From IMG/VR virus record IMGVR_UViG_3300033480_000003, positions 1 to 49,631 of that record: a stretch of DNA of 49,631 nucleotides. The stretch is one strand, 5' to 3'. The notes beneath the pieces are model-generated. The model saw only the letters and a program-made list of their open reading frames with translations, searched no databases and was not told the DNA's origin. Below, piece after piece: positions 41,960 through 49,631 of the stretch (its first letter is position 1; each line of letters begins with the position of its first letter). This stretch comes from a virus. Lineage: Duplodnaviria > Caudoviricetes. Both the position numbers and the translations under genes were made by a program.

Positions 41960-43392
41960 TGATTCGTATCCAGGTTGTACAACACGAAATCCAGATTATT
42001 CGGCGCGGGGCGGGAAACGTTGGCGATTTCCAGCGCGGCGGTCATGCGTCCATCCCCCGCCCAGGTGCGCGTGATTTTGATGACATAGAACAAACTGTCT
42101 ATGTCCAGTACCAACTGCCCCGCCGTGTCCAGTTGCCTGACCACCATGCGCACTTTTTGCCCGACGCGCAACGTCGCCGGTAGGTTAAACACCTCTGGGA
42201 CGCTGTAGTTTTGATAGGCGGTACTGTAGCGGGTCAGATGCGCCTGCACCGCGTTATACAGCACGTCGGCGGCCTGCGCGCGCGCCGTGGTGTCGGTGTC
42301 GTCGGTGGGCTTGATCCAGCTAAACTGCGGCGTGTCCTCTCGGACGCCATAGACTGCCTGGCTTACCGTATCCTCCACATAAAAACACGGGCGCTGTACC
42401 ACGGCTTCCCCGCCGGAATAACCGCCAACGATTGCGCCGGTTAACGTCAGGGTATTGGCGGCGACGCTCTGAATGGTAACCACCTCGTGGGTGTTAGTCC
42501 AGGTGGCTTTAGTCCCCAGCCAGATCACTTCGCCGGGCGTGAAATTCGTACCCGTCCCCGCCGTGACATTGAGCGTGGCGACGCCCGCCAGATGCGCCCC
42601 AACCAGCGCCGTCTCCACGCCCAACGGCCCGCGATTGGCGCGCACTTTGATGAGCGCGCTGGCATTTGAGGCGTCCCGCAGATCGAACTTCGATGCGCCC
42701 AGCGGGTACAGGCGGTTGGCGATGTCCGCGCTGATGTTGGCGATCTGAAGCTGATTCAGGTACACCATGCTGGCGTTGGCGGTAGACTGCGCGGCCCGTA
42801 CCTGCGCGGGCGTGACGAGGCGCACCCCCGAATCCACGCCAAACACGCCATAGTCCAGCGTGCGCGCCGTGGTGCCTTCCCGGAAGTGATCGCCGGTCTG
42901 CTTGGACAGCGCGATCAACGCATTCAGCACGGTTTGGCTGTCATACGTGATGGTGGTAGGCGTGACGGAGGGCGTCACGCTGCCCGGCGTCCAGCCGGTT
43001 TCGCGGAGTAACCCCGTGCCGCTGCCCGTCGTACCGAGGATTGTGGCCGTCGCCACGTTGTCATACACCCGATTGTATTGCGTGCTGAGGTAAATCAACT
43101 CGCCTAACCGGTCTGGCCCGCCGACACTCACGGTGCGCGGCTGCAAATCGTAGGTGATTTCCTGCATGATCCCCTCAGCGACAATCCCGGCGGCGGTGCG
43201 CACCTTTACCCGGCGTTCGTTCTCCACCAGGTCTGTCACCCGGGGATCGACTGAGGGGAATTGCAGCGTCACCCGGCCGGCGGCGTCCAGCACTTGCTCC
43301 ACCGTCACGCTCAGGATGTTTACCAACGGCCCGCTGCCCACCAATGCGCCGGCCGCCGAGTACACGTCACACACAAAAACGGGATTAGCCAT
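41941..43392 (-). CDS. Baseplate hub/Tal-like tail protein
   Basis: L...G..T, GW..G.V, I.NRLYP.G, D..S...YGVRE, LRVG..V, I.KITR; follows Dit. Confidence 0.7.
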   Translation of the reverse strand: MANPVFVCDVYSAAGALVGSGPLVNILSVTVEQVLDAAGRVTLQFPSVDPRVTDLVENERRVKVRTAAGIVAEGIMQEITYDLQPRTVSVGGPDRLGELIYLSTQYNRVYDNVATATILGTTGSGTGLLRETGWTPGSVTPSVTPTTITYDSQTVLNALIALSKQTGDHFREGTTARTLDYGVFGVDSGVRLVTPAQVRAAQSTANASMVYLNQLQIANISADIANRLYPLGASKFDLRDASNASALIKVRANRGPLGVETALVGAHLAGVATLNVTAGTGTNFTPGEVIWLGTKATWTNTHEVVTIQSVAANTLTLTGAIVGGYSGGEAVVQRPCFYVEDTVSQAVYGVREDTPQFSWIKPTDDTDTTARAQAADVLYNAVQAHLTRYSTAYQNYSVPEVFNLPATLRVGQKVRMVVRQLDTAGQLVLDIDSLFYVIKITRTWAGDGRMTAALEIANVSRPAPNNLDFVLYNLDTNQWTGVK

Positions 43393-43395
43393 AGT

Positions 43396-44748
43396 TTATG
43401 CCGTAAATGCCTGATACCATTCCGCCGTCCCACTGACCAGGGGATTGTAGCATAGCAACCCACCCGATACCCAGGTGGTGACGTTGTAGGAAGCGACGCC
43501 CGTACCGGTGTACTCCTCTACCAGATCGATGGTATAAGCCGTAGCGTTGTCTACTTCCCATACCCCATCCGCATCCGTGCCCGTGCCGAGGATATACACG
43601 TAATTTCCGTTGGCTAGGCCATGCGCAATCGCCGTCGTAACCGTGATCGGCGCGCCGGTATTCGTAACTCCCGTAATGCTTACCGCCATAGTCCAGCGCC
43701 CGCTGCTCCCCGCGCCGCTGGCTGCCGTGCCGTTGAGGGTGAAGGTTTGCGCGCCGGTTACGGTGATGACAAAACTGCCGTCAGTGATCCCGGTGGAAAA
43801 AATCCTGACCCGTTTCCCGCTGCTCATCCCGTGCGCCACGCCGGTGGTGATGCTGATAGGCGTGGTATTGCCCACCGCAGTAATGTTCCCGCCCACCGCC
43901 GCCCCCACCATGATGTAGTAGCGGCGTGACAGCGTGCCCAGCGCCCAGCCCTTGAGATTCAGCGATAGCCAACCTACCTGGTTATCCCCCAGAGTGATCG
44001 TCGAATTCCCGGAGGCGTTAGCGTAGGCGTCCACGCCGTCATTGGTCACAGCCATATCAGCGCTATCGATTTCCAGCACGTTGCCGATTTCAACGCCATT
44101 TCCCACCAGGTCGTCCCATTGCACTGACGGCCCGTCATCCGCCCACAGTAGATAAGGGGTAGGCGCGATGATATATAGCCCCAACCGCCGCCATACCCTG
44201 ACACTGATGATCGGGTAGGTGTTGGCGGTCAGCGTCACGTTGATGGGCGGGTTGTCGTAACTCCCGGAGTTCACCGCCTCGTAACTGCCGATGCGCGTGA
44301 CGGTGCGCGTGATGGCATTCTCGGAGTACCACACCCCCTCGGACAGTCGGAAAACCAACGTCACCGGGTAGTTAGTATAGTTGCGCCCGTAAAATTCCCC
44401 TTCCTGCACCGCGATGCACTTCGCGTTAGCCCAGCGGATAGGGATGGCGGCGGCGGTGTTGCGGGTTTCCTGCCAAAGTTTGGAGCGCCCCAGCGCGATG
44501 GTGTACTGCTTTAGGTTGTCGCTCTCAGTGGTAATATTTGCGTATGAAGTGCCGTGCAGTTCGCCTTTGAGCGTGATCTCTTTGGCGGACAGCGGAAATG
44601 GATCGTCGCCAAAAAAATCGAATTCGCCGTCCGCCCCCGATACCGCCGCCACGACTGGCGGGCGGTTGACTTCCTGCGGTTGTTCGCCCTTGAGGGTGGG
44701 CAGTGCGTATGCCGTTAGGTAGGTGTCGCCGAATCTGGTGATTGCCAT
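43396..44748 (-). CDS. Distal tail (Dit)-like protein with inserted beta-barrel repeats
   Basis: V.GADG.F, I.L.G, LVF...EG.WY; two ITxV.N..PI.xTT..AHG...G..V.I repeats. Confidence 0.65.
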   Translation of the reverse strand: MAITRFGDTYLTAYALPTLKGEQPQEVNRPPVVAAVSGADGEFDFFGDDPFPLSAKEITLKGELHGTSYANITTESDNLKQYTIALGRSKLWQETRNTAAAIPIRWANAKCIAVQEGEFYGRNYTNYPVTLVFRLSEGVWYSENAITRTVTRIGSYEAVNSGSYDNPPINVTLTANTYPIISVRVWRRLGLYIIAPTPYLLWADDGPSVQWDDLVGNGVEIGNVLEIDSADMAVTNDGVDAYANASGNSTITLGDNQVGWLSLNLKGWALGTLSRRYYIMVGAAVGGNITAVGNTTPISITTGVAHGMSSGKRVRIFSTGITDGSFVITVTGAQTFTLNGTAASGAGSSGRWTMAVSITGVTNTGAPITVTTAIAHGLANGNYVYILGTGTDADGVWEVDNATAYTIDLVEEYTGTGVASYNVTTWVSGGLLCYNPLVSGTAEWYQAFTA

Positions 44749-44749
44749 T

Positions 44750-47104
44750 TTATAACGCCCCCGCCGGTATGCGTATCCCGGCCTGTCTCATGCGCGTCAT
44801 TTCCGATTTGATGCCCTGCGCGATCTGCGCTCCGGTTTGCCGCGCGTCGCCGCCGGGCAGTGCGCTCACGTTTACCTCGATCTTCTCCACGGTCATGGAG
44901 TTGTCGGTGAAAGCCCCCGCGCTGATAGCGCCCGCGCCCGCCGTACTCAGTGCCCCCGCGCCGCCCACCGTCCCCAACGCCTCACGGACAGTGCGGGCAA
45001 TCATCGGCAGCAAGTCGCCCAGCGGCGCGACCACCTCCGGCGTGGGCGCGTCGCCGATCATGGCTAACAACGGCTGTAGGGCGATCCCGCCGCGTGCCAG
45101 GGAGATCGGCGGCAACTCGCCCAACGGCGGGAGTCCGAGAGCCGTGGCGACAATGTTGTAGGCCCGGATCAGCCCGTTGAGCGCGCCGATCACGCCGTTG
45201 ATCCCGTCGGCAAACGCGCGCTTGATTTTGCCCATGATCCCGTCTGGCCCACCGATGAAGTTAAACAGCCCTTGAAACGGGGCGGTAAGTTTTTCCAACA
45301 GTCCGCCGCCGAACCCCCCGATAGCAGTAAAAGCATCGCTGATGGCGGTTTTAATGGTCGTCCATATCCCCGTGATAAAATCTGAGACGTCCTGCCAGGC
45401 ACTCTCAAATGTGGTTTTGAAGGCATCGAATTTAGCCTTGATCCCGGTGAACATCTCGCCAGCTTTGGTCGTTACCGCTGCCCATGCCGTGCCCAGCGCC
45501 GCCGTGAAAGTGTTCCAGGCAGTGGACAGCGCGCTCTTGAAGGTATCAAAGCCGCTGCGAATACTGGTAAACATCGCGGTGGCCTTATCTACGACGCTTT
45601 GCCATAGGGCCGCCAGCGCCGTGATCATCGTATTCCAGGCGGATTCTAGGTTGCTTTTGAAAGTGGCAAATTTGGCTTTGATGTTATCAAACATTTCGCC
45701 GGCCTTGTCGGTAATCCGCTGCCACAGGTCAGTGATGGCTGTAGTCATGGCGTTCCAGGCGGATTCTAAGCCGCTCTTAAAAGCGGCAAACTTAGCCCGG
45801 ATGTTGTCAAACATCTCCCCGGCTTTGGCGGTGATCTCACGCCATTTCTGCGCGGCATACGCCCCGATAGCGTCGAGGATGTTCTGGAAGAAGTTTCGCA
45901 GGCGAATCAACCCTGCCAGCAGAATCGCCACCAGTTGCAAAAACGTGGTGCGGATGCGCGTCCAGAGCGCCGTCGCCACCGCGCCGATGCCCTCAAAAAT
46001 ATTCGTGGCGGCGTTGGCGGCCTTGAGCAGATAGCCAATGATGATCGCGATCACGCGCATGACCGTGGCCTTCAGTTCGTTGAACTTTTTCTTGACCCAC
46101 TCCACTGGCCCACCGGCGTTGTTCACCTCGTCTAGAAAATTAAGCACAGCGGGGATCGCCTTGTTGATGAGCCAATCCACTACCACCGAAATCGCCCCGG
46201 CGATGTCCTCAGCCAACAGCGTGACAAATTTTATAAAACGGGGGTCCTCCAGCGCCGTTGCCAGCGCGTTAATCAATGGCAGAATGGCCGTGCCGATGGC
46301 GCGCAGAAAAATGTTCTTGATGTTTTCCCAGGCCTTACCGAGGCGGGAGGTTTCCTCACCGAAAGACCCGATCTTGTCCTGCGCGGTTTCGATGGCGGCC
46401 TCGGTGCTTTCCAGCGCGCTGTCCACTGATCCCATGCTTTCCGCAACTTCTTTCCCCTGTTTGGTGACGGTTTCGGCGGCGCGTCCCTGGCGTTGGATGA
46501 AGCCCGCGCCCACGTCCCCGAAAGCCCCAGTCAAGCCCGCGATCTTCTCCTCCGTATCCTGCGCAGCGGCGCCAATTTTGCCAATGCCGGCAGCGGCTTT
46601 ACTCGCCCCGGTCGCCGTATCCTCACCGGCTTTTTCAGCAGATTTGCCCATACCCTCCATACTATCCGCTGCGCCGTCGGCGGCCCCAGACACGCCGCCG
46701 CCGCCACTGGTCACGCCCGCCATAGCGTTGTTCAGCGCGTCCATGCCGCCCAGCGCGTTAAACGCGCCAATGCCCAGCGCGGCAATGCCCCCAACTGCGC
46801 CCAACGCGATCCCGCCGATGCGCCCCAGAATCCCCACGCCCCGCGCGGCAATATTGAACAGCCCGCCCATGCCGCGCATCGCCACACCCGCCCCCCGCGC
46901 CATGTTCTGAAAGGCCATGGCGGCCCCGGCGGCGGTAGGCCGCAAACGTCCCAACTCGCGGGCGGTATGTGCAGCGCTGGCTGCCATGCCCGCCATCCGC
47001 GCTTTGAGGTTGCCGATTTGCGCTCCCAGCACTTGCTGCGCGGCTTGCAGGCTAGAGGTGTCGCTTTGAGTAGTTAACCTATAGATGTCTTCAATGACGG
47101 TCAT
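44750..47104 (-). CDS. Tape measure protein
   Basis: Ala/Gly-rich; 40-aa W/F-periodic repeats (KAGEMFDNI.AKF); LARGGI...A.IGD..PE.V.PL C-terminus. Confidence 0.88.
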   Translation of the reverse strand: MTVIEDIYRLTTQSDTSSLQAAQQVLGAQIGNLKARMAGMAASAAHTARELGRLRPTAAGAAMAFQNMARGAGVAMRGMGGLFNIAARGVGILGRIGGIALGAVGGIAALGIGAFNALGGMDALNNAMAGVTSGGGGVSGAADGAADSMEGMGKSAEKAGEDTATGASKAAAGIGKIGAAAQDTEEKIAGLTGAFGDVGAGFIQRQGRAAETVTKQGKEVAESMGSVDSALESTEAAIETAQDKIGSFGEETSRLGKAWENIKNIFLRAIGTAILPLINALATALEDPRFIKFVTLLAEDIAGAISVVVDWLINKAIPAVLNFLDEVNNAGGPVEWVKKKFNELKATVMRVIAIIIGYLLKAANAATNIFEGIGAVATALWTRIRTTFLQLVAILLAGLIRLRNFFQNILDAIGAYAAQKWREITAKAGEMFDNIRAKFAAFKSGLESAWNAMTTAITDLWQRITDKAGEMFDNIKAKFATFKSNLESAWNTMITALAALWQSVVDKATAMFTSIRSGFDTFKSALSTAWNTFTAALGTAWAAVTTKAGEMFTGIKAKFDAFKTTFESAWQDVSDFITGIWTTIKTAISDAFTAIGGFGGGLLEKLTAPFQGLFNFIGGPDGIMGKIKRAFADGINGVIGALNGLIRAYNIVATALGLPPLGELPPISLARGGIALQPLLAMIGDAPTPEVVAPLGDLLPMIARTVREALGTVGGAGALSTAGAGAISAGAFTDNSMTVEKIEVNVSALPGGDARQTGAQIAQGIKSEMTRMRQAGIRIPAGAL

Positions 47105-47435
47105 GTGTTTTTAGCTTTTCATCCTCGGCAGCGTGGACGGCCTCAGCGATTACCAGGTGCTCGTATAGCTTATACAGCGGCACTTGACCTCCAGGTAACT
47201 CATACCCCTGTTGGCGGTAGTTCAGTCCGGCGGCGTTGAGGTTATACTCCTGAATCGCCCGCCGCGCGCGGCGCTCTAACTCTTGGGTGTCGTAATCAAT
47301 GACGGCAGCCCTGTCACCCGTCGCCCGCGCCAAAGCGTTCCACTCGGCTACGTCGGCGGCGCTCTTGGTCTGGACTATCCCCGGATGCAAGATCGCGTCC
47401 CTGACCAGGCGTGTCAGGGTCGTGTAGTAGGGTTT
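47091..47435 (-). CDS. Tail assembly chaperone, frameshift extension (gpT-like)
   Basis: -1 frame is open from the slippery site A AAC CCT into the 47091-47390 ORF. Confidence 0.6.
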   Translation of the reverse strand, partial: KPYYTTLTRLVRDAILHPGIVQTKSAADVAEWNALARATGDRAAVIDYDTQELERRARRAIQEYNLNAAGLNYRQQGYELPGGQVPLYKLYEHLVIAEAVHAAEDEKLKTHDRH

Positions 47436-47821
47436 GTCGGCGTCAGCGCCCGCAGTTCGGCAGCTTCCTCGGCTTCGAGTTGGGCAATACGTGCCAGCAG
47501 TTGAGTCACATGCGCGCGCGGCAAGCCCATGACCTGCCGGGGATTCAGCCCTATCAGGCGGGCATTCAACCGCGCTAAGTTTTGATCGGCGGATTGCGTC
47601 TTGACCTCCATCCGAATCAGGCCATCGAAGTTGCCCGCGTCGCCCTCGGAGGTGAGGAAGGCTTGCATTTGATCCATGCCCCGAATCGCCTTACCGTCAA
47701 ACTCAAACACAATGCTGCCGCCCATGTCGTCCAGGCGCTGCTGGGTCAGCCAATCCAGCCGGGTCTTCAACTCGTAACTCACGCCGTCCGCGCAGGTATA
47801 GGTTTCGATGAAGTTACTCAT
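47414..47821 (-). CDS. Tail assembly chaperone (gpG-like)
   Basis: Between tail tube and TMP; ends in the slippery heptamer. Confidence 0.7.
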   Translation of the reverse strand: MSNFIETYTCADGVSYELKTRLDWLTQQRLDDMGGSIVFEFDGKAIRGMDQMQAFLTSEGDAGNFDGLIRMEVKTQSADQNLARLNARLIGLNPRQVMGLPRAHVTQLLARIAQLEAEEAAELRALTPTNPTTRP

Positions 47822-48903
47822 CAGATCGTCGCCTCGGTATTGAGTACCACCATGTTCATCGCCATCGTAGTCGTGCCGCTGGTGGTGTTAGTGACGGCAG
47901 CGGATTCGGCGGTCGCCTCGACCGTGTACGTCTGCTTCGCCTTATCGCCGGCCACATCGGGCAGCGCAAATGGTGCGAGAAACACAGCGGGGAAGTACAG
48001 TTCGACGCCGAGGTTGGCCGACTTGAGGAACACGGCCTTGAGCGTGACCGGCGTGCCCGCATTGGCTAACCGCCAGAGCGTGACGGCGTGATCGCACCAG
48101 TCGAATTCCAGCGTTAACTTGATTTCCCGGTTCTGGGGACAGAACGCGCCCCGCGTGCGGTCGGCGGTCAGGAAAAAGCCGTCAGTGTCCAAGTTGTGAT
48201 TCACCGCCAGCTTGAGACTCGACAGGGTAGACAGCGCCTGCGGACTACCGGCCTGCACCATGCGCTGCGTCGTGGGATTAAACGTAAACGTTCCGGATCG
48301 CTGCACCGTCGCATCGTAGAACCATAGGCCGCGCCCGCTGGGGGTGGTGAGAGCGGTGGGTACGACGAGGTTGGGCGTGTTGGTGCTGGTGCTGTAGTTC
48401 CACACCAGGCCATCGCCCGATGAGTTATTACTCGACTCGGCCACGTCTTTGGCCTCCCAGTTGAATGTCAGCTTGGCGCGCTCCTTTTTCACGGCGTTCA
48501 ATTCGTATGAGTTTATCAGCCCGCCCAGGATACTCAAGCCCAGCGTAGACTGATAGTAAATCTGGGCGCTGAAATAATTCAGATCGGTGCTATCGTCATA
48601 GAGCAGGCCGTGCACATAGTTGGTCGGGCCGCCGCTCGTCGTGGCGTCAGTCATGAACGTTTTGAACAGCTTGGCGATCCCGGTGTCAAACCATTCGGTT
48701 ACAAACGCCCCGCCCGCCAGCCGTGCGCCGAGTTCGACGTCCGCAATGTCCCGACAACTCCCCAGGCGCCGCTGTTCCGACACCTCCCACTGCCCGCCAT
48801 TCGCTCCCGCACTTTCGGCGGGGAGGTTTATGGTCGGCGTGAGGAAGGTCGTGATATTGACTTGTGGCGCACCGTATACAAAATACTCACAACTGTTACC
48901 CAT
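47821..48903 (-). CDS. Major tail tube protein
   Basis: Beta-rich 360 aa; G......G..I....L, L.L.VNHNL, REIKLTLE; upstream of chaperones/TMP. Confidence 0.75.
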   Translation of the reverse strand: MGNSCEYFVYGAPQVNITTFLTPTINLPAESAGANGGQWEVSEQRRLGSCRDIADVELGARLAGGAFVTEWFDTGIAKLFKTFMTDATTSGGPTNYVHGLLYDDSTDLNYFSAQIYYQSTLGLSILGGLINSYELNAVKKERAKLTFNWEAKDVAESSNNSSGDGLVWNYSTSTNTPNLVVPTALTTPSGRGLWFYDATVQRSGTFTFNPTTQRMVQAGSPQALSTLSSLKLAVNHNLDTDGFFLTADRTRGAFCPQNREIKLTLEFDWCDHAVTLWRLANAGTPVTLKAVFLKSANLGVELYFPAVFLAPFALPDVAGDKAKQTYTVEATAESAAVTNTTSGTTTMAMNMVVLNTEATI

Positions 48904-49186
48904 GATTCACCTCCAAAAGACTCTGAACGATCTCAGTGGCTTGCAGCTCCCGCGCCGTTTCCGCCCCGATGCCGCGCACTGCCTGCAAATCCTGCGCGCC
49001 GTCCACCAGGCTAAACCGCGCTGGGGCGGATAGCGCCAAATCACACGCCAACCCGCAAGGCAGCGTGTACGTCTCCCCGCAAGCCCGATACCCCCAGGGG
49101 TTGACCTCACACCCTGCTGGGTCAGTACAGCGCAGGGTCAGCACCCCGCCCGTTACCGCTGTTTTATCCTCACACCCACAACCCAT
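48896..49186 (-). CDS. Small protein with helix-hairpin-helix motif
   Basis: DLQAVRGIGAETAREL. Confidence 0.6.
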   Translation of the reverse strand: MGCGCEDKTAVTGGVLTLRCTDPAGCEVNPWGYRACGETYTLPCGLACDLALSAPARFSLVDGAQDLQAVRGIGAETARELQATEIVQSLLEVNHG

Positions 49187-49187
49187 A

Positions 49188-49631
49188 CTACACCTCCGTT
49201 GTTCGTTGGGAACGAATGAAAAAATCGATCTCGCCCACGTTCATCCAGGTGTTGCTACGCTGGTCAAATCCCAAGCCGTAACGCACCTGCCGCAGTTTAA
49301 ACTCACAAATATATTCCCCGTCTACCGTCAAACCGTCAAAGTCGGAGTTAACACACCGCCGCAATTCGTCCCGCGCGTTTTTGACGTAGTACCCCACGCG
49401 CGCGTGGCTTTCCAGTGTGACCACGCGTCCGGCTGCGCCGAATACCAAATCCGTGCCGATTTCCTGCGCCAGGTTCAGCACAAAGCGCAGTTTGCCCATA
49501 TAGACCGATTCATCCCGCGCCAACATCCCGCGCTGCTCGTCCTCAGATTCAATGAAGATTTCACAGTAGGGGGTCAGGTCCATCGGCACCTCGGCCTCCG
49601 TGACCGCCCCCAGGATGAACGCCTTGATATC
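49188..49631 (-). CDS. 3' part of tail terminator/completion-like protein (starts at 211)
   Basis: In-frame continuation across the circular junction; position before the tail tube. Confidence 0.7.
   Translation of the reverse strand, partial: DIKAFILGAVTEAEVPMDLTPYCEIFIESEDEQRGMLARDESVYMGKLRFVLNLAQEIGTDLVFGAAGRVVTLESHARVGYYVKNARDELRRCVNSDFDGLTVDGEYICEFKLRQVRYGLGFDQRSNTWMNVGEIDFFIRSQRTTEV
49505..49631. repeat. Terminal direct repeat (copy of 1-127)
   Basis: Exact match to the contig start. Confidence 0.95.

Noticed and set aside
46038-46910. 290-aa + strand ORF (and 45342-46034)
   Set aside because: Shadow frames of the tape measure gene
49505-49631. Biological terminal repeat or att site
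   Set aside because: Exactly 127 nt and mid-gene; best explained as assembler k-mer overlap of a circular contig
1-49631. Stop-codon reassignment
   Set aside because: Core genes are intact under the standard code, and TAA, TAG and TGA all end tightly coupled genes

Overview
A complete, circularly permuted, GC-rich tailed-phage genome (siphovirus-type tail). Bases 1-127 are identical to 49505-49631, so the unit genome is about 49,504 bp and one tail-completion gene crosses the junction. Two arms diverge from back-to-back sigma70-type promoters at about 30.82-30.95 kb. The + arm (30981-40670) holds many small early genes, an SSB/recombination-like gene, a cluster of membrane proteins and a DUF5131 (Gp37/Gp68) gene. 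The - arm (30791 to 1, then 49504 to 40733) runs: RHH regulator, HAD phosphatase, VapE-like helicase, putative origin, RepB-type primase, nucleases, two DNA methyltransferases, holin, terminases, portal, MuF-like protein, protease/scaffold, DUF2190, Mu gpT-like major capsid protein, a ~7 kb block of fibre/appendage genes, head-tail joining, tail tube, frameshifted chaperones, tape measure, Dit, Tal and a glycoside-hydrolase-like protein. I recognised no integrase, CI-type repressor or classical endolysin. A Chloroflexota-like host is my inference only. Most unusual: (1) a signal-peptide protein right after the capsid gene with two mirror-ordered repeat arrays bracketed by a 12-bp direct repeat; (2) membrane proteins with putative DNA-binding ends associated with dense short DNA-motif arrays (CGCA/TGCG, GGACA/TGTCC), reminiscent of a DNA-tethering or spread system; (3) a C4/CI-like antisense RNA with its targets upstream of the helicase; (4) a triplicated promoter/operator cassette; (5) a tRNA T-arm-containing element. 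All family assignments come from motif recognition by eye, not database searches.
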